From assembly GCA_965178125.1 (NCBI GenBank), contig OZ237758.1:558001-622000 (forward strand): a DNA stretch of 64,000 nt. The letters are read 5' to 3'. Positions within the stretch are counted from its first letter, which is position 1. The number at the start of each line of letters is the position of its first letter. This stretch comes from Bilabrum cf. latius (Eukaryota). The notes below the pieces were generated by a model. The model did not search any database, was not told the DNA's origin, and saw nothing but the letters and a program-made list of their open reading frames with translations. The translations under genes and the position numbers were made by a program. Of the stretch, positions 25,001-36,769 are shown in pieces.

Positions 25001-28000
25001 TGAAGACACTCAGGCAAGAGATTGAAGCTGACAAGCAGGCTGCATTCGAAGCGCTCCGATCTTCCATGCAAGAGAAAGCAGACGAGGCGCTGCGATAGGC
25101 CGTGGAGGACGCGGAATCCAAGCACACGAGGAAGATCCGCGAGCTGGAGACTGCAGTGCGCGAGGAGCTGGACTCTGCGCAGGCAGATGCCCGCAAGGCC
25201 CAGATCGACGCCTTGGAGGCCGTTCGCTCCTCTCACGCAGTGGAGCTGCTGAACTTGCAGGACGCCCATCGGAGGCAGGTGGGCGCTCTTTAGGAAGAGC
25301 TGGAAGGGCACCGCAGGCACGCAGGCAGACAGATGGAAGCCAAGGTAGAGGCTTTGGCAGAGGAGCACGCTACAGAGCTATCTGCCCTTGAGGATCGGTT
25401 CAAGCAAGCAATGAATGCCGCTAGGGACAGGGCAGAGCGCGAGACGAAAGTCGAGGTGCAGAAGGCCGTTGCCCTTGCGCTAGCAGCCAAGGAGCAGGAG
25501 AGGCAGGGCGAGTCCGGCGCCATGCAGGAGAGGCACATGCAGATGGTAGGGGAGCTCGAAGGGGCCAACCACCGGCTGTCCGCCGCGGAAAGCGCCTTTC
25601 GACGGCTGCAGCGCAAGTATGACCGGGATACTGACGATCTCACTTTGCAGGTGGAGCGTGCACGCATGCTGCTAGAAGACAACCTTGGCATGATGCGACA
25701 GCTGGAACCGGAGGCCATCGAGGCGAGGGTGGAAGCAAGCTTGCAGGCAGCCGAGCACGAGGTCAGAGAAGCAATCACCAAAGCTGAAGCTGCCACTGAC
25801 CAGAGGCTCGAGCTAGAGCGAGAGGAAATGCAGAAGAAATCTGCCGAGCAGGCCGAGATGGTGACCGGCATGCGAAAGGAGTGGATGCAGGAGCGGCAGG
25901 GACTCTTGAATGACCTAGAGGAGGCCAAGGCCGCGCATGCCAAAGCTCTGGGAGAGATCAATCGAGTGAAAGAGCAAGCAGCATCCGAGCTGGAAATTGA
26001 GAAAGCCGAGAGGCAAAAGCATGTGGACCGTGCCCTCGCAATCGCGCGATCCAGGCATGAGGAAGCAGCCACCAAGGCGCTCGATGCAGCCTCAACTCAA
26101 GCGGAAGAAGTGACCCACGAGCTGCTTGTCCGTGAGAAGGCCAAATGGGACACCCGCAAGGCCGATGAGATTCGTAAGCTGAAGGAACAGTTCCAGAGTA
26201 GCATGCAGGACTTCGAGCAGGAAGCCAGGGGCATGCAGCAGGCGCAAGTGGAGAACCTGGAGGCCAAGCACCGTGCTGGCGTTGAGACCGCATTCAAGCA
26301 GGCAATGGAGGCGAGGGACCAAGCTATCCGCAAGGTACTCGATGAGAAGAACGAGGAAGTGAGGCAAGTGCAGCAGAATGCCATGGAGGCTGCGCACGAG
26401 GCGCAGAAGCAGCACGAGGCGGCCATGCGGGAGGCAAAGGAGGAAGCTGACCGGTTCCACTAGAGAGCCATGGAGGATGCCAGTAAGAGGCAGGAGCAAG
26501 CCGTCGCCGATGTCATCCAGCAGGCCAAGGAGATGGGAGAGAAGGCTCTTGAAGATGCCGAGCGTGCTTGGGGCGAGAGGATGGAGGAGATGTCCAAGGC
26601 CAAGGATGAGGAATCAATGCAAGCCATCGTGGAGATTCAAGAGGCCGCGCGGGGTCTAACTGAAGAAAACGCAAGGGCGCTTGAGATACAGCAGATGAGG
26701 ACCGAGGAATTGCGAATCAAGCTCGTGGATGCCCACGCTTTCGAGCTGGACCGCAAGCTGAACCACATGGCTGACGAAGCCGAGGCCGAAAAGGTTGCCG
26801 CCTTGGAGACATTCAACGCGGAGTGGACTGGCCGCCTGCAGCAGCGAGAGCAAGAGCTGCTCCATGAGAAAGACCTGGCGGTCACGCGCGCCAGGGCTGA
26901 TTTCAATGCCGAAATGGACCAGGCTCTAGAGGAGGCCGGGCGGCAGGCAGAGTAGACCCTGTCGAACCGGTTGCAGCAGGCTGCCGACGAAGCCGAGTAC
27001 CAGCAGCAGCAGCTGAGAGAATAGGCTGAGTCCAGGCTGCAAGAGGCGCTTGACAAGGCGCAGCAAGAGCTGGAAGAGCGACTTGCCCTGGCCGAGGAGG
27101 AGAAGCAGTCGGCTCTGGATGATGCAAAAGTCAACGCGGCACAAGAGCGCCGTGCATCCGTGGAGGCAATCCGTAAGCAGGCAGCAAAGGAGCAGGAACG
27201 GGCCATGGAAGAGCTGCGAGATGAGAGCGAGAAGCTCCTTGGATCGATCGAGTCTGCAATGAACAAGCTAAGGGAGGAGAGGGACCTGGTGGAGGAGGAC
27301 CTGGCAGAGGCACGGGCGCAGGTGCAGCAAGCGGAGGACAGGGAGCTGGTGCTGAGGCAGCAAATCACGGGGTATCAAAAGGCAGGCAAGCTGCAGAAGC
27401 TGCAGATCGCGTTCTTGATCGCTAGATACATCCAGAGCGCGCGCGGAATCCGAGAAGACATGGAGCGGCGCATGGGTCGCATGGAGGACAGGATCAACGA
27501 GAGGTGGAGAGAGAAGTGCACGCTGATCGAGGAGGACTTGAGCATGTAGAAGGAGAGGCTTGCGGAGCTGCTCAAGATGAAGGGCAGCTTCCGCGAGGCG
27601 CTCATGTCGCACAAGCGCGAGCTTTTGATCGAGCACAAGATGAACTCGGCCGCCGTGCAGAAGGCGCTGGCTGAACTCACCGAGCGAAAGCAGGATCTGC
27701 AGACGCAGCATGGGAAGATGAACCGAACCATGTCCGAGATGGAAGGCGGGGTGCGCACGCTCGAAAAGGAGATGCAGGAGCTGGCCAAGCAGTCGGTCAT
27801 TCAGGACGGCAAGATCAACGTGACTCTCGCGAGGAAGAAGAAGCGCGTAGACCGCGATCTGGACAACATGCTGGTGCGGATCAACGACCACCGCAGCCTG
27901 CTACAGGACATCGAGCAAGACATGAATGCCACGGAGGACGAGCGCGTTGAAAAGGAAGAGGAGCTCAAGTTCATCGAGGGCTAGCTGGTCACCACCATGA

Positions 28001-28485
28001 TTCAGCAGCAGCGCAACCTCATGAAGATATTGGGCACTTGCAAGGTGGGTGATGATGATGAGTACGAGCAGGGCAGGCCACAGAGGTCTGGAGTGCGGTT
28101 TGCTCTGTCAAGTGAAGGGCTTGGAGATGGGGATGGGGATGACAACAGCGAGGGTGGCGAGCATGATGGCGCTGGTGCAGGTAGCTAGGAACATCATCGC
28201 GGAGGCAGCGGCATTGGCAGCATGGGTAATGAGGCAGAGCGGACTCCTGTCAAGTCCACAGGCAGCACCATGCGAAGCGGAATCGCCACAGTGGGCATAA
28301 GCGACGGCTATGGAGCGACCGGTGAGCTGGAGCAGAAATCCCCGGAGGATGATCAGCTCCCAAACTACCCCAGCATGGAGGATGGTGCCCCGGAGGGTCC
28401 AGGCGGCCAGTCAAACGATAGTACTGACCCACTGCACGGCGGGGAGGTGCATGTGCACCGCGCTCGCAGTGGCATCATGCAATGA
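16033..28485 (+). CDS. Giant (~4,100 aa) coiled-coil protein with a 1,070-aa internal duplication
   Basis: Exon 1 16033-16131, intron 16132-16224, then one frame 16225-28485 with 22 TAGs and no TAA/TGA until TGA 28483-28485. E/Q/A/R/L-rich, heptad-like composition. Confidence 0.85.
18781..25203 (+). repeat. Direct tandem duplication, two copies of a 3,210-bp unit inside the coiled-coil gene
   Basis: Constant offset of 3,210 (18781/21991, 19261/22471, 21007/24217, 21892/25102). The copies differ only by scattered substitutions and the unit length is a multiple of 3. Confidence 0.97.
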
Positions 28486-28640
28486 CTTACACCAAGACAA
28501 AGTCTAAATCTGAACTGGAATTCTTCAGCGGCGGGAAGCAGAGCCAGCACACCACGGAGCACGACTTTGCCTCTAGCTTTCACATCAACGTACCCTCCAA
28601 ACCCACCCATGTCCATTGGCATAGATCTAGCCCTTTTCAA

Positions 28641-31600
28641 TCAAACGCCCCGGATACGCCTTGAGGTGCCCGGCCGAAGCACCACGGCACCGCGCCTCTT
28701 TGGACCTCCGCTTGCGCCTGCACCTGAAGCAGCGGCTTCACCAGCTGCCGCCCCTCCGCTCGCGCACGGCCCCGCCACCCGGCTGGAATCGCTAACGCCG
28801 ATTGAGGTGGACAGCTCTGCGAACGAAATGAATCCGTCGCGGTTGGCGTCCAGCACGTCAACGAACGCCTCGAGAGCATCTTTAGGCAGGTCTACACCGA
28901 TTGAATCCAGGCAAGACACCAGCTGAGCAGGGGTCAGCTTGCCGCCCGACTTGTCCGCCGCAAACGCGTTGAAGGCCAGGCCAAGCTCGGGCAGCTTCTT
29001 TCGCAGCTGCGTGAGCACCTCGTCGATGACCATGCTGGCGTGGTGCTGCTGCATCTCTACCGACCTCTTCTTCCTGAGAGCCGGCTTCGACAGGGACCCA
29101 GATTCCCTGTCTGCTCCGTCAGACTCGTCGTCGGCTGCCGCTTTCGGCTCGAAATGCACCTGAAATGCACCCTTGAACTCATCCAGGTCAATCGACCCGT
29201 TGTGGTCTTTGTCAACAGCACCTACGGCCAGCTCTATCTCTCGTGGAGTCAAAGGGGGTTCCAGCTGGACCTTGCTCAGCAAGGTGGAGAACTCTGCGTG
29301 GCTCAGCGCACCAGAGTGGTCTGCGTCAAGCACCTCAAAGAGCTCACCAATGGGTGTGCCGCTCTCTAGCACAAGCCTGCCGATGCGAGCCAGTGCTGCC
29401 TGGGCGATCTGTTCGTCGCTTCCTTCCTTTTCTGCCGCAGCAAGATCTTCCGCAGTTGTGGTGCGCCCCAGGTACTTGGGGGTAAAGGCGCTCTCGAACT
29501 CCTCCTTCGAGATTGCACCGTCGCCATCGCTGTCGATCGCGTAGATTAAGTTCACGATCTGCGAGCGGGTCAGCCCGATGTCCATGCCGGACAAGCCGTC
29601 AGCCAGCTCTGCCGCGCTCAGCTTGCCGCTCCCGTCCACGTCAAGCTCAGCGAACACGCGATCGATGCGGTCCTTCCGCGTCAGGAAATTGCGGAGGAGA
29701 CGGGCCATGAGCTCGCGAGTGGCGCCCTCCTCCTCTGCAGTGCCCGAGGCAGCCGACGAAGAGGAGGAAGACGAACTGCTGGAGAACGTTCCCTGGTACC
29801 TCTGCAGGAAGGTCACGTAGTTGATGCAGCCTTCTTTGTCCACCTCCGTGAGCTTGAAGTGTCGGTTGAGCACGTACCACGAGACAGCCTTGAACTGGCA
29901 GCACGCCTGCATGCCCTCCACCCACACCTGCACGTGGATCCTGCCGCTCTGGTCCAAGTCCCTGTCGTTCCACCACCAGAAGAGGTCGTCCTTGGCCTCT
30001 AGGATCTCCTGGATGAGCCTCTTCCTCGTGTCCTCATAGTCCTCTTCGGCGAGCTGCCGGGCGGCCTCCCTGCGCTCCTTGTCTGCCTCTGGTGACAGCT
30101 CCATCGAGCCGCCCTCGGGGAGGCGCAGGCTATCCGCAGCCACCGCGCTATCGGGCAGCTCCCGATGAGCGCCAGCGCCGCTGCCCGAGGCTGCAACACC
30201 GGGGACTACGGGCGGACTGACGGCCTTGTGGCCGGTTGCAGCTGCGGAAGCAGGATCAGCAGCAGCAGCGCTGGAACCTGCACGAGCCGCGGCAGCGGCA
30301 GCTGCGGCGTCTTCCTTCTTGATGCGGTCAGCCACGACCTTCTTGACCTTCCAAGGCTTGAGCACGCAGCGGTGCAGCGCCGGCGCGGAGAATCGCTGCA
30401 CGTCCTTGGTCAAATCGTGGTTGAAAATGATCACGGCGCCCATGGAGTGCTCGACTTTGCCTCGCACGTGACAGTGGGTGTAGTGGCACGCGGAGAACAC
30501 GGTGAGCAGTTTGCTGTCATGCATCGAGCAATACCCGGCCATCTGCGCTTGGTGCGACCGTACGATGAAGGAAAGACCGTTGTCGCTGCAGAACCTGCGC
30601 GTGATGTCTGGACCGAAAGCACAGGGAATGTCACCCCTCTCGTGGTTGACACGGACTCCCGAGTCTTCCATCGGATCGGCCCACATCATCTGTGTGAACA
30701 GACGGTCCTCCACGGTCTCGCACTCCACCGGCACGCCACGACGCCTCCGGATCCGCTGCAGCTGCGCAATCGTCACGCCTCTCTCCATGAAGAGCCCGCC
30801 GTGCACCACCATCATCTTCCTCTTGGAGCCCATGGATTCCACCACGTGCGCCAGGGGAATGCTCTCGAACAGAGAGTGGAAAGCGTCATACACACGCCTA
30901 TCGTCTTCTCCGTACTTGCGCGCGACCTCGATGTGGAAGCCGGTGTGGTGCGCGCGGGAACCATCGTACTGCTGATTCTGAAGCATGTCTTCGTGGCTGC
31001 GGTAGTGGAATGATCGGGGTTGGGACTGATGGCAGAAGTCCAACTGATATGCATGACCAGCGGGTCGCCCGAGAGGAGCGTTGGAAGGCGAGGGGAGGGG
31101 ATCCAGAGATGACAGGCGGCATCACGGGGGGGCGACTCGCAATCGATGAGGGTAGAGGCGCAGCAAGCTGGTCTCTTCGAGCAGAAACTAGTGGAATCAT
31201 GCATCTCACTTTCCTCTGTTGATGTGCACCCAGTCGGGGAAGAGCAGCTTGAATGCGATGATGGTGCACACGATCTCCGAGCCGAAGTCTGCCCTGTCTA
31301 CGAAATCGCCGTTGAATATGTAGTGGTTGCCAGGCCCAGGGGTCCCGTTGTTGGCCAGGATGAAGTAGAGGCTGTTGATGTGCCCGTGCGTGTCTCCCAC
31401 CACGGTCAGCCTGTCGCCCTTCTTGAGCTGGACCGTGGGGATGTTGGGCTGTTTGTCTAGGAGCTCGCGCGCGGCGCCCAGCAGCGGAACCAGAACTCGC
31501 GCTGGGACGGGTTTCACTTTGCAGATGTAGTCCGTCAGCTTAAAGGCCTTCTCGGGCGTCAGCGGCAGAGGTTCTTTCGGCCCGGTGTAGTCGCTGGGGA

Positions 31601-32267
31601 TTGGCGCCATCCCGTGTATGCTGAAGATAGGGTCGTCGGAGGCGGTCGTTCCCGGGGCGGGGGTCGGCGGGGCTGCGTCCGCGCCTGCACTGGATCCTTT
31701 CGCTTCGGAATCACCGGCGACAGCCGCCTCAAGCTCTACGAGCCCCCTGGCCCTGGCGATGGCCGAGGCGGCAGCCTCCTCCTGCTCGCTCCCACGGCCC
31801 GCCCCGCCTTCCGGACCTCCGTACATGGCCTGGCGCCTCACCTTAGTCATCATGGCATGCTTCTTTCTCGTATGATTCATGACGGATTCCTCGTGCTCCT
31901 CCAGCTGAGCCATTACGCTCAGGTACTCGGCTGCTTCAGCCTTCCGAGCGTCTTTCGTCGCCTTTAGCGAGCGCTGAATCACCGCAGCGGCCGCAGCCTC
32001 CGTAGAGTATGTTTTGAGATCTCCAACGGGAACTAGTAAGCAGTGACCGTCTGCACCTGTGAAATGGTACTCGCCATCAACTGTACCATCGTGACCGCCT
32101 GGAATCGCCGAATCAAACTCTACCCCTGCCTAGCGAGGAGACCCGCTGCTACTTGACGAATGAGCTGCGTTGTTGGATATGCATGGAGATGATCGAGATT
32201 CGTTTCATGGGCACATTGGGAAGTTCCAAACACATGGCAAGGCGTCGTTCTGCGCAGTTCTACCCAT
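28641..32267 (-). CDS. PPEF/PP7-type Ser/Thr phosphoprotein phosphatase with IQ-like motif and multiple EF-hands
   Basis: PPP motifs GDTHG, GDFVDR, RGN|HED (intron 30997-31209), HGG, RSHQ. IQ-like AAAVIQRSLK near the N-terminus. EF-hand loops DVDGSGKLSAAE, DSDGDGAISKEE, DADHSGALSHAE, DKDHNGSIDLDE, DANRDGFISFAE. TAG 32130; stop TGA 28641. The 5' end is tentative (ATGG micro-exon 32264-32267, intron 32165-32263). Confidence 0.9.
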
Positions 32268-32644
32268 GTTTGGCTCGAAAAACTCACTAATACAGGCAAC
32301 TGTCCCGGTATGTAAATTGCGATATATTACTCTGTCTCCTGGACAGAGTCTGGATGACGGCATCTCTGCGGGTAGGCGAGAAGGGGTGAAGTATGTCTAG
32401 CAGCTTGGATCGCCAGCCAGCTATCGAAACTGTGACGGGGTGACTGCGATTGAGGTGCACACACCTGATTAAGAATGCGAGCGATCTACTCTTCAATGGC
32501 AAAGCTTTGCCTACGCAGTGCTTGTAGGGTAGGCTGATCGGTTGGCGGTTCTCGGGAGGCCGGCCGATGAGCGGTTGTAACCAATATTTCAATTTGGGTG
32601 ATTCAGGACACTCGAAGTTGCATGGCAATGCCACTCGCAATCTT

Positions 32645-35600
32645 TCAATCTCCGTCATGTGTGCCAGGGCCATTCGCCATCCGATCACCCGCGAGACCTT
32701 CGACCACCTCCCGTGCCTGCAGGAAGAGGCCGAACGCCAAGTCCTGCTCCATCGCCGCGGGGCTCACTGACCTCGCAAATCGGAAGTGGAAGTGCTCGGC
32801 CAGGTGCAGGTACATTGGTAGCCAACGCACCACGGGCACGGGCAGCACGAGCGGTTTCGGGGACGTATCGCCCGCGGCCGGTACCGCCGCCCCCACCCCT
32901 TTCATGCCCCCTTCACCCTGCTGCATGCTACCAGCACTGGCGCTCCCACCATCCTGCTCCGCGACAGCCCGTCCCCCGGATCCCATTTGCCCGCTTGTAT
33001 TGTCCCAGCCCCATTCGGACGAGCTGCCGGAAGACGATGTAACGGCGCTGCTTTTGCTGCCATTCCTCGGCCGACGATCCACAGCTGCGACACAGATGGC
33101 GTCGCTGCAAACACTCGTCACGTCATCGCTGTCTGACGTGACCGTCCCACTCGTCATACCACCCACGCTGGGAAACGGTCTCTTTCTCCCCTTCTTGTCT
33201 CCCCTCGATCGAGATCCACCCGCGGAGCTACCCCCTCCCGCGGCCCCATCGCCGCCCTCGTCCTCGTTGTCTGACCCATCCTGCCAGAACTCGCCACCGA
33301 TGGCCCGGGCACCCACTCGATGCACGGGTGCCGATGCCTGCCTCACCTGCCTGATCGAGCCCCCCGTATCCCTCTTCTTCTTGGAGCCACCCTTGCTCCG
33401 TCGGCCACTCGTTCTCGGCGCACTGTCACTTTCGTCATGGAGACCCCCAGCAACGGATCGATCCAGCTGCGTAGAGCCGCCTCTTTCGGAATCGCGCTCA
33501 GTAGCACGGGCTGTTCGCCCATCACTGGGATCGCCCGTCTCCGCCAGCTGTCTCCTGGCATGCCTCGAGCCTGGGCTAGGAGATAGCGGCAGCAAATTGA
33601 GACCTTCGGACCCATCGCCGTCACCGCCAGACACCCGATCACCTACACCATCGGCTGTGCCACCGCCACCTCCTTCTGGCTTCGTGAAGTGACTTGCAGG
33701 ACGTGCCTGCGACGACTGCCCAGTCGCTGCATACGGCAGCAGGGAGCCGAACTCGGCCCCGATGGAGGATAGGCTCCCGGCTCGCTCTCTGGCAGCTCCT
33801 GCTGACACTGCAGCTGAAGGTGCCCCAGCCGACACTGCCAGCAACCCAGTACTCGTGGAGCGTTTCTAAAGGCCTCCTGCAGTACCAGACGCGGTAACAT
33901 CGCCTGAAGCAAGGTGCGAGGGGGAGGACAGGTCTCGGCCCGTGGCGCCGTGCCTGGCAGAAAACCCGGCCATGCTGGCACGCAAGGTGGCAGCTCGCGC
34001 AGCAGCAGCAGCGGCGTGTCTGCTGCCAGTGGACACAGCGCGCCGCCTCTAGAGCTTGCTGAAGACAACGTTGCTAGACACGCTAGTCGCTGCTGCGCCG
34101 GCCATCCCGGCACTAGCACCCGCAGCCTCAGTGTCGCTTGCCGCCAGTCTGCCAGCACCCGCCACTCTCGATAGCTCCATGCTGTGCCTGCGATTTGACG
34201 AGCCCGCGCGAGACCGCGTGACTTGTAGCGCCAATTGCTTCCTCTCTTGCTGTTCCTTGCGCCGCGTGCGCCGCTGCTCCCTGCCTTTGGCGTGCACCGA
34301 AAGGCCTCCGTCTGCCCTAGCGGCACCTGACCTTTCCGCGATGCGTGCTTGCACGAGGGCGTAGGCAAGAATGGTGCCCTTGTCAGTCGGAGCTAGATCA
34401 ATGTTCACTGCGACGAGGAAGAAGAAAGGATAATGGATGTGCAAAAACTAGCGTGAACTCAATGCAAAGGAACCAGACTATCCGTCGTCTGGGTGCCGAG
34501 CCATGCCGCGTTGTTGGCCATGCATAAGAACTCACTCGCGTCTATCTCCATCGACTCAACGTGCGCCTGCACTGCGTCTGTAACCGTCCTAACCGTGTCT
34601 CGCATCACCTGCAGAATTTCGAGGGACGTGCGGCAACTGGCCAGACGAGCCAGCTGGCCCACCACTGGCATGACGTCGCACCTGAAATCTTCTTTGATCC
34701 CATAGTGCTGCTGGGACTGCTGGTCGAGCTCTTCCAAGCACACCTCAAATGCTGCTGCTTCCTTTTGGAACTGCAGCCTAAGAGCTCGCAGCAGAGGTGG
34801 AGCCAGGGACGACAGAACCCACGACTCGACCGCCTGCCTCATCTGCCCCTTGAGCTGTTTCTGCCGCACTTGCGCGCGGCGCTTGCGCTCTGCTTTGATC
34901 TGCTCAGGGCTGCGAGAGGGGGTGGATCCTACCCCTGTGCTTCCCTTTCGGATCAACGCGTCTCTGTCAGCCCCACCAGCGTAGAATCCACCGGCGTCCC
35001 CTGAGCTACCCCCTCCGGACCCTCTGCCCCCTTCCCCTGTCCCGTCAAGCAGCAGGCCTAAATCTGCCCTCTGAAAACAAGAGCAAGTATCGCAGAACGC
35101 GGCGCGGAGGCACCGCCTGAAAGCACGGGTGCAGCCCACGCACCAAGCCATGCATCCATTGCAGCAACCGGCTTGTTCTCGCTTGCTCGCCGACACACCC
35201 ACCCCTTGCAGGCCCTGACCGCCCTCCGACAGGTGACTGTACCTACCACCCGATGCACTACCACCGCCAGCATTTGCACCAAGCCCCGTAGACTAGTACC
35301 CGACACCCCCCCCGCTGCTACCCCCAGAACCATCGCCACCGCTGCCGCTGACAAGTCCCATCAGTCGACCCACCCCATACCCGGGAGAGACAGGGAAGGG
35401 TGCTACGGGAGGCTGGTCTCCAAGGGCAGACGGAGCGGCAGCGGCGTGTGAAGCAGCCCCACCGCTCGTCCCACCACCGCCGTCACTGCTGCTGCCGTCG
35501 CTGCTCTGTGACGGCAGACTGCCCCTGGTTGCGAGCTGGATCCCGCCCGCCGACGCAGACGCCGACGCACCCTTCCCCTTCCCCTTGCCCTCCGGCTCGT

Positions 35601-36588
35601 GGCCCGAGTCCACCAGAGCCCCCTAGATCCTAGAGCGCCGGCTTGTTTCGGTTTGCGCGGTGGGCCTCCTTGAGTTGACGGCCGCCAGCTCGGTGCGGGC
35701 TGCCTCAAGGTCGTCTCCAGCGAGGGCTGGCGCCTCGGCTGCGGCGAGCTCGGCCAGGACCGAGCCGGCTTCAAGGGCGTAGTAAGCGTGCTCGCACTGA
35801 GTTTCGATGTGCTCGGCTATTCGCATAGCGGAAGAGGTCGCAGAGGAGCCGCCGGAGCTGGCCCCGGAGCCAATGCTCGTTTTCCTGTCCTGGCCCGATA
35901 CGCCGGGGCGAACGGTAGGAAGGCCACTCGGGCCAAGCTCGTCCAATGCCTGGCCCATGGCAAGTGAGAACTGCTGCAGCTAATCGAATATTGGCTCGGT
36001 CTCGGGAAACAGACGCAGGAACGACACGGTACCCTGCACAACCGGCCACGACATGTCAGCTGCGCTGGAAGGTGCATTCAGGCCACCAGTCAGAGGCCTT
36101 GTTATGAGACACAGCATTGGAGCGCGCGGTGCTTGGGCCTTGGTTCTCGTAGGCGAAGTCTTGCGCTTGGATTCCTTATTGGTCTGGTCGACCGCTCCAT
36201 ACGACGGCCCTGCCGTTGCTATGAGGGCTGCCGAGGCTCTCGACTAGTCAGCCTCGAACTTTCGAATGGCTTCCATGGAAGGCTACAGCTTTTGCGTGAG
36301 AAGCACATTTGCCACGACTCTACGGTCGAAACCTTGCCCTGTCCTAACGTCGGCCGGAGAAAAGTGGACCTCCTTCCCATTCAATGTATTGAAGACACCC
36401 CTCCTCCCACTAGGAACAATAACATGAGTCAAAATAGCATCGCGATCAACTTTTAGGCTTCGAAGAGAGTTAGTCTACGGAACAAGGACGGTCAAACCGT
36501 CTTCGCAAACCCTCCGCCAAACCTCCGTATACCGTGTAACAAGCTCCTGAAAGAGGCGAGCCTCGTGGAAAGCTTCGGATGCACCCAT
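32645..36588 (-). CDS. VPS9-domain Rab GEF-like protein with VARP/ANKRD27-like N-terminus and no ankyrin repeats seen
   Basis: Frame from ATG 36588 through about 8 TAGs, intron 34408-34535, stop TGA 32645. N-terminal VLVP*...HVIVP...FNTLNGKEV...TGQGF...LCLITRPL resembles the ANKRD27 N-terminus. VPS9-like helices LARLASCRTSLEILQVM and LAPTDKGTILAYALVQA. Confidence 0.7.
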
Positions 36589-36769
36589 GCACTTCTTAGT
36601 TTGTAATAGCAACCAGTGCAACCATGAAGCCAGATAGATGCCTGAATGGAGCTCGTCCTGCCAGCCATGGCCAATCCACTGGCACGCTGACGAGCCCGCC
36701 GCCGGCGCCGGGAAACAATCAATCAGCTGCATGCACGCCCGCGTCAAAACCACAGTACTATTGGAGCTT

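Noticed and set aside
32325-32600. Possible small spliced minus-strand ORF (…RRQSFAIEE*IARILNQ|RCRHPDSVQETE) between the VPS9 and PPEF genes
   Set aside because: No start codon or upstream acceptor in frame; may be a UTR intron or chance.
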